From Octopus bimaculoides (lineage: Eukaryota): a stretch of 64,000 bases of DNA. A model generated the notes under the pieces. It was not told where the DNA came from and did no database searches. It saw nothing but the letters and a program-made list of their open reading frames with translations. Every line of letters starts with the position of its first letter. Position 1 is the first letter of the stretch. This document shows positions 63,709 to 64,000 of this stretch, piece after piece. The translations under genes and the position numbers were made by a program. The stretch is taken from positions 974,266 to 1,038,265 of the forward strand of contig NC_068989.1 of assembly GCF_001194135.2 (NCBI RefSeq), given 5' to 3'.

Positions 63709-64000
63709 AATTACAGAGGCATCAAGCTGTTAGATCAGGTTATGAAAGTTACAGAGAGGGTCATAGCCCAACTAATTAGGGAGCGAATCAATTTAGATGA
63801 GATGCAGTTTGGGTTCGTGCCAGGTAAAAGCACTACTGATGCCTTATTTCTAGTGAGACAGTTGCAAGAGAAATACCTAGCCAAGGATAAACCTCTGTAC
63901 CTGGCTTTCGTTGACATGGAGAAAGCCTTTGACAGGGTCCCCCGATCCCTTATCTGGTGGTCAATGAGGAAACTTGGGATAGAAGAATGGCTAGTGAGAG
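63709..64000 (+). mobile_element. RTE-clade LINE reverse transcriptase, 5'-truncated, runs off the window
   Basis: 97 uninterrupted codons: NYRGIKLLDQVMKVTERVI...MQFGFVPGKSTTDALFLVRQLQEKY...LAFVDMEKAFDRVPR. Confidence 0.92.

Overview
AT-rich, microsatellite- and SINE-laden eukaryotic genomic DNA from a draft assembly with many N gaps. The repeat families look like those of Octopus (coleoid cephalopod); this is an inference. Two multi-exon protein-coding genes lie on the + strand. (1) An IGF2BP/Imp-family RNA-binding protein: 14 exons reconstructed from 11303 to the stop at 26219, covering the end of RRM1, the second half of RRM2 and four KH domains. Exon 1 is probably upstream of the window, two small RRM2 exons are probably hidden in the 13993-14711 gap, and one donor is a non-canonical GC. 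(2) An M-Ras (MRAS/R-Ras3) ortholog: four coding exons (35964-36147, 59569-59722, 60908-61007, 62074-62153) with a 23.4-kb first intron; the CAAX exon is not in the window. Introns hold an internally deleted mariner with TIRs and TA TSDs, a piggyBac-type TTAA MITE, RTE and CR1 LINE fragments and several SINE families. The most notable unannotated signal is a complete type I hammerhead ribozyme at 38696-38772 (CUGACGA/GAAA/GUC core, all three stems), sense to the MRAS pre-mRNA in intron 1. Other points of interest are inverted SINEs tightly flanking MRAS exons 2-4 and an in-frame uORF ending in UAG just upstream of the MRAS start. No prokaryotic features or CRISPR arrays are present.
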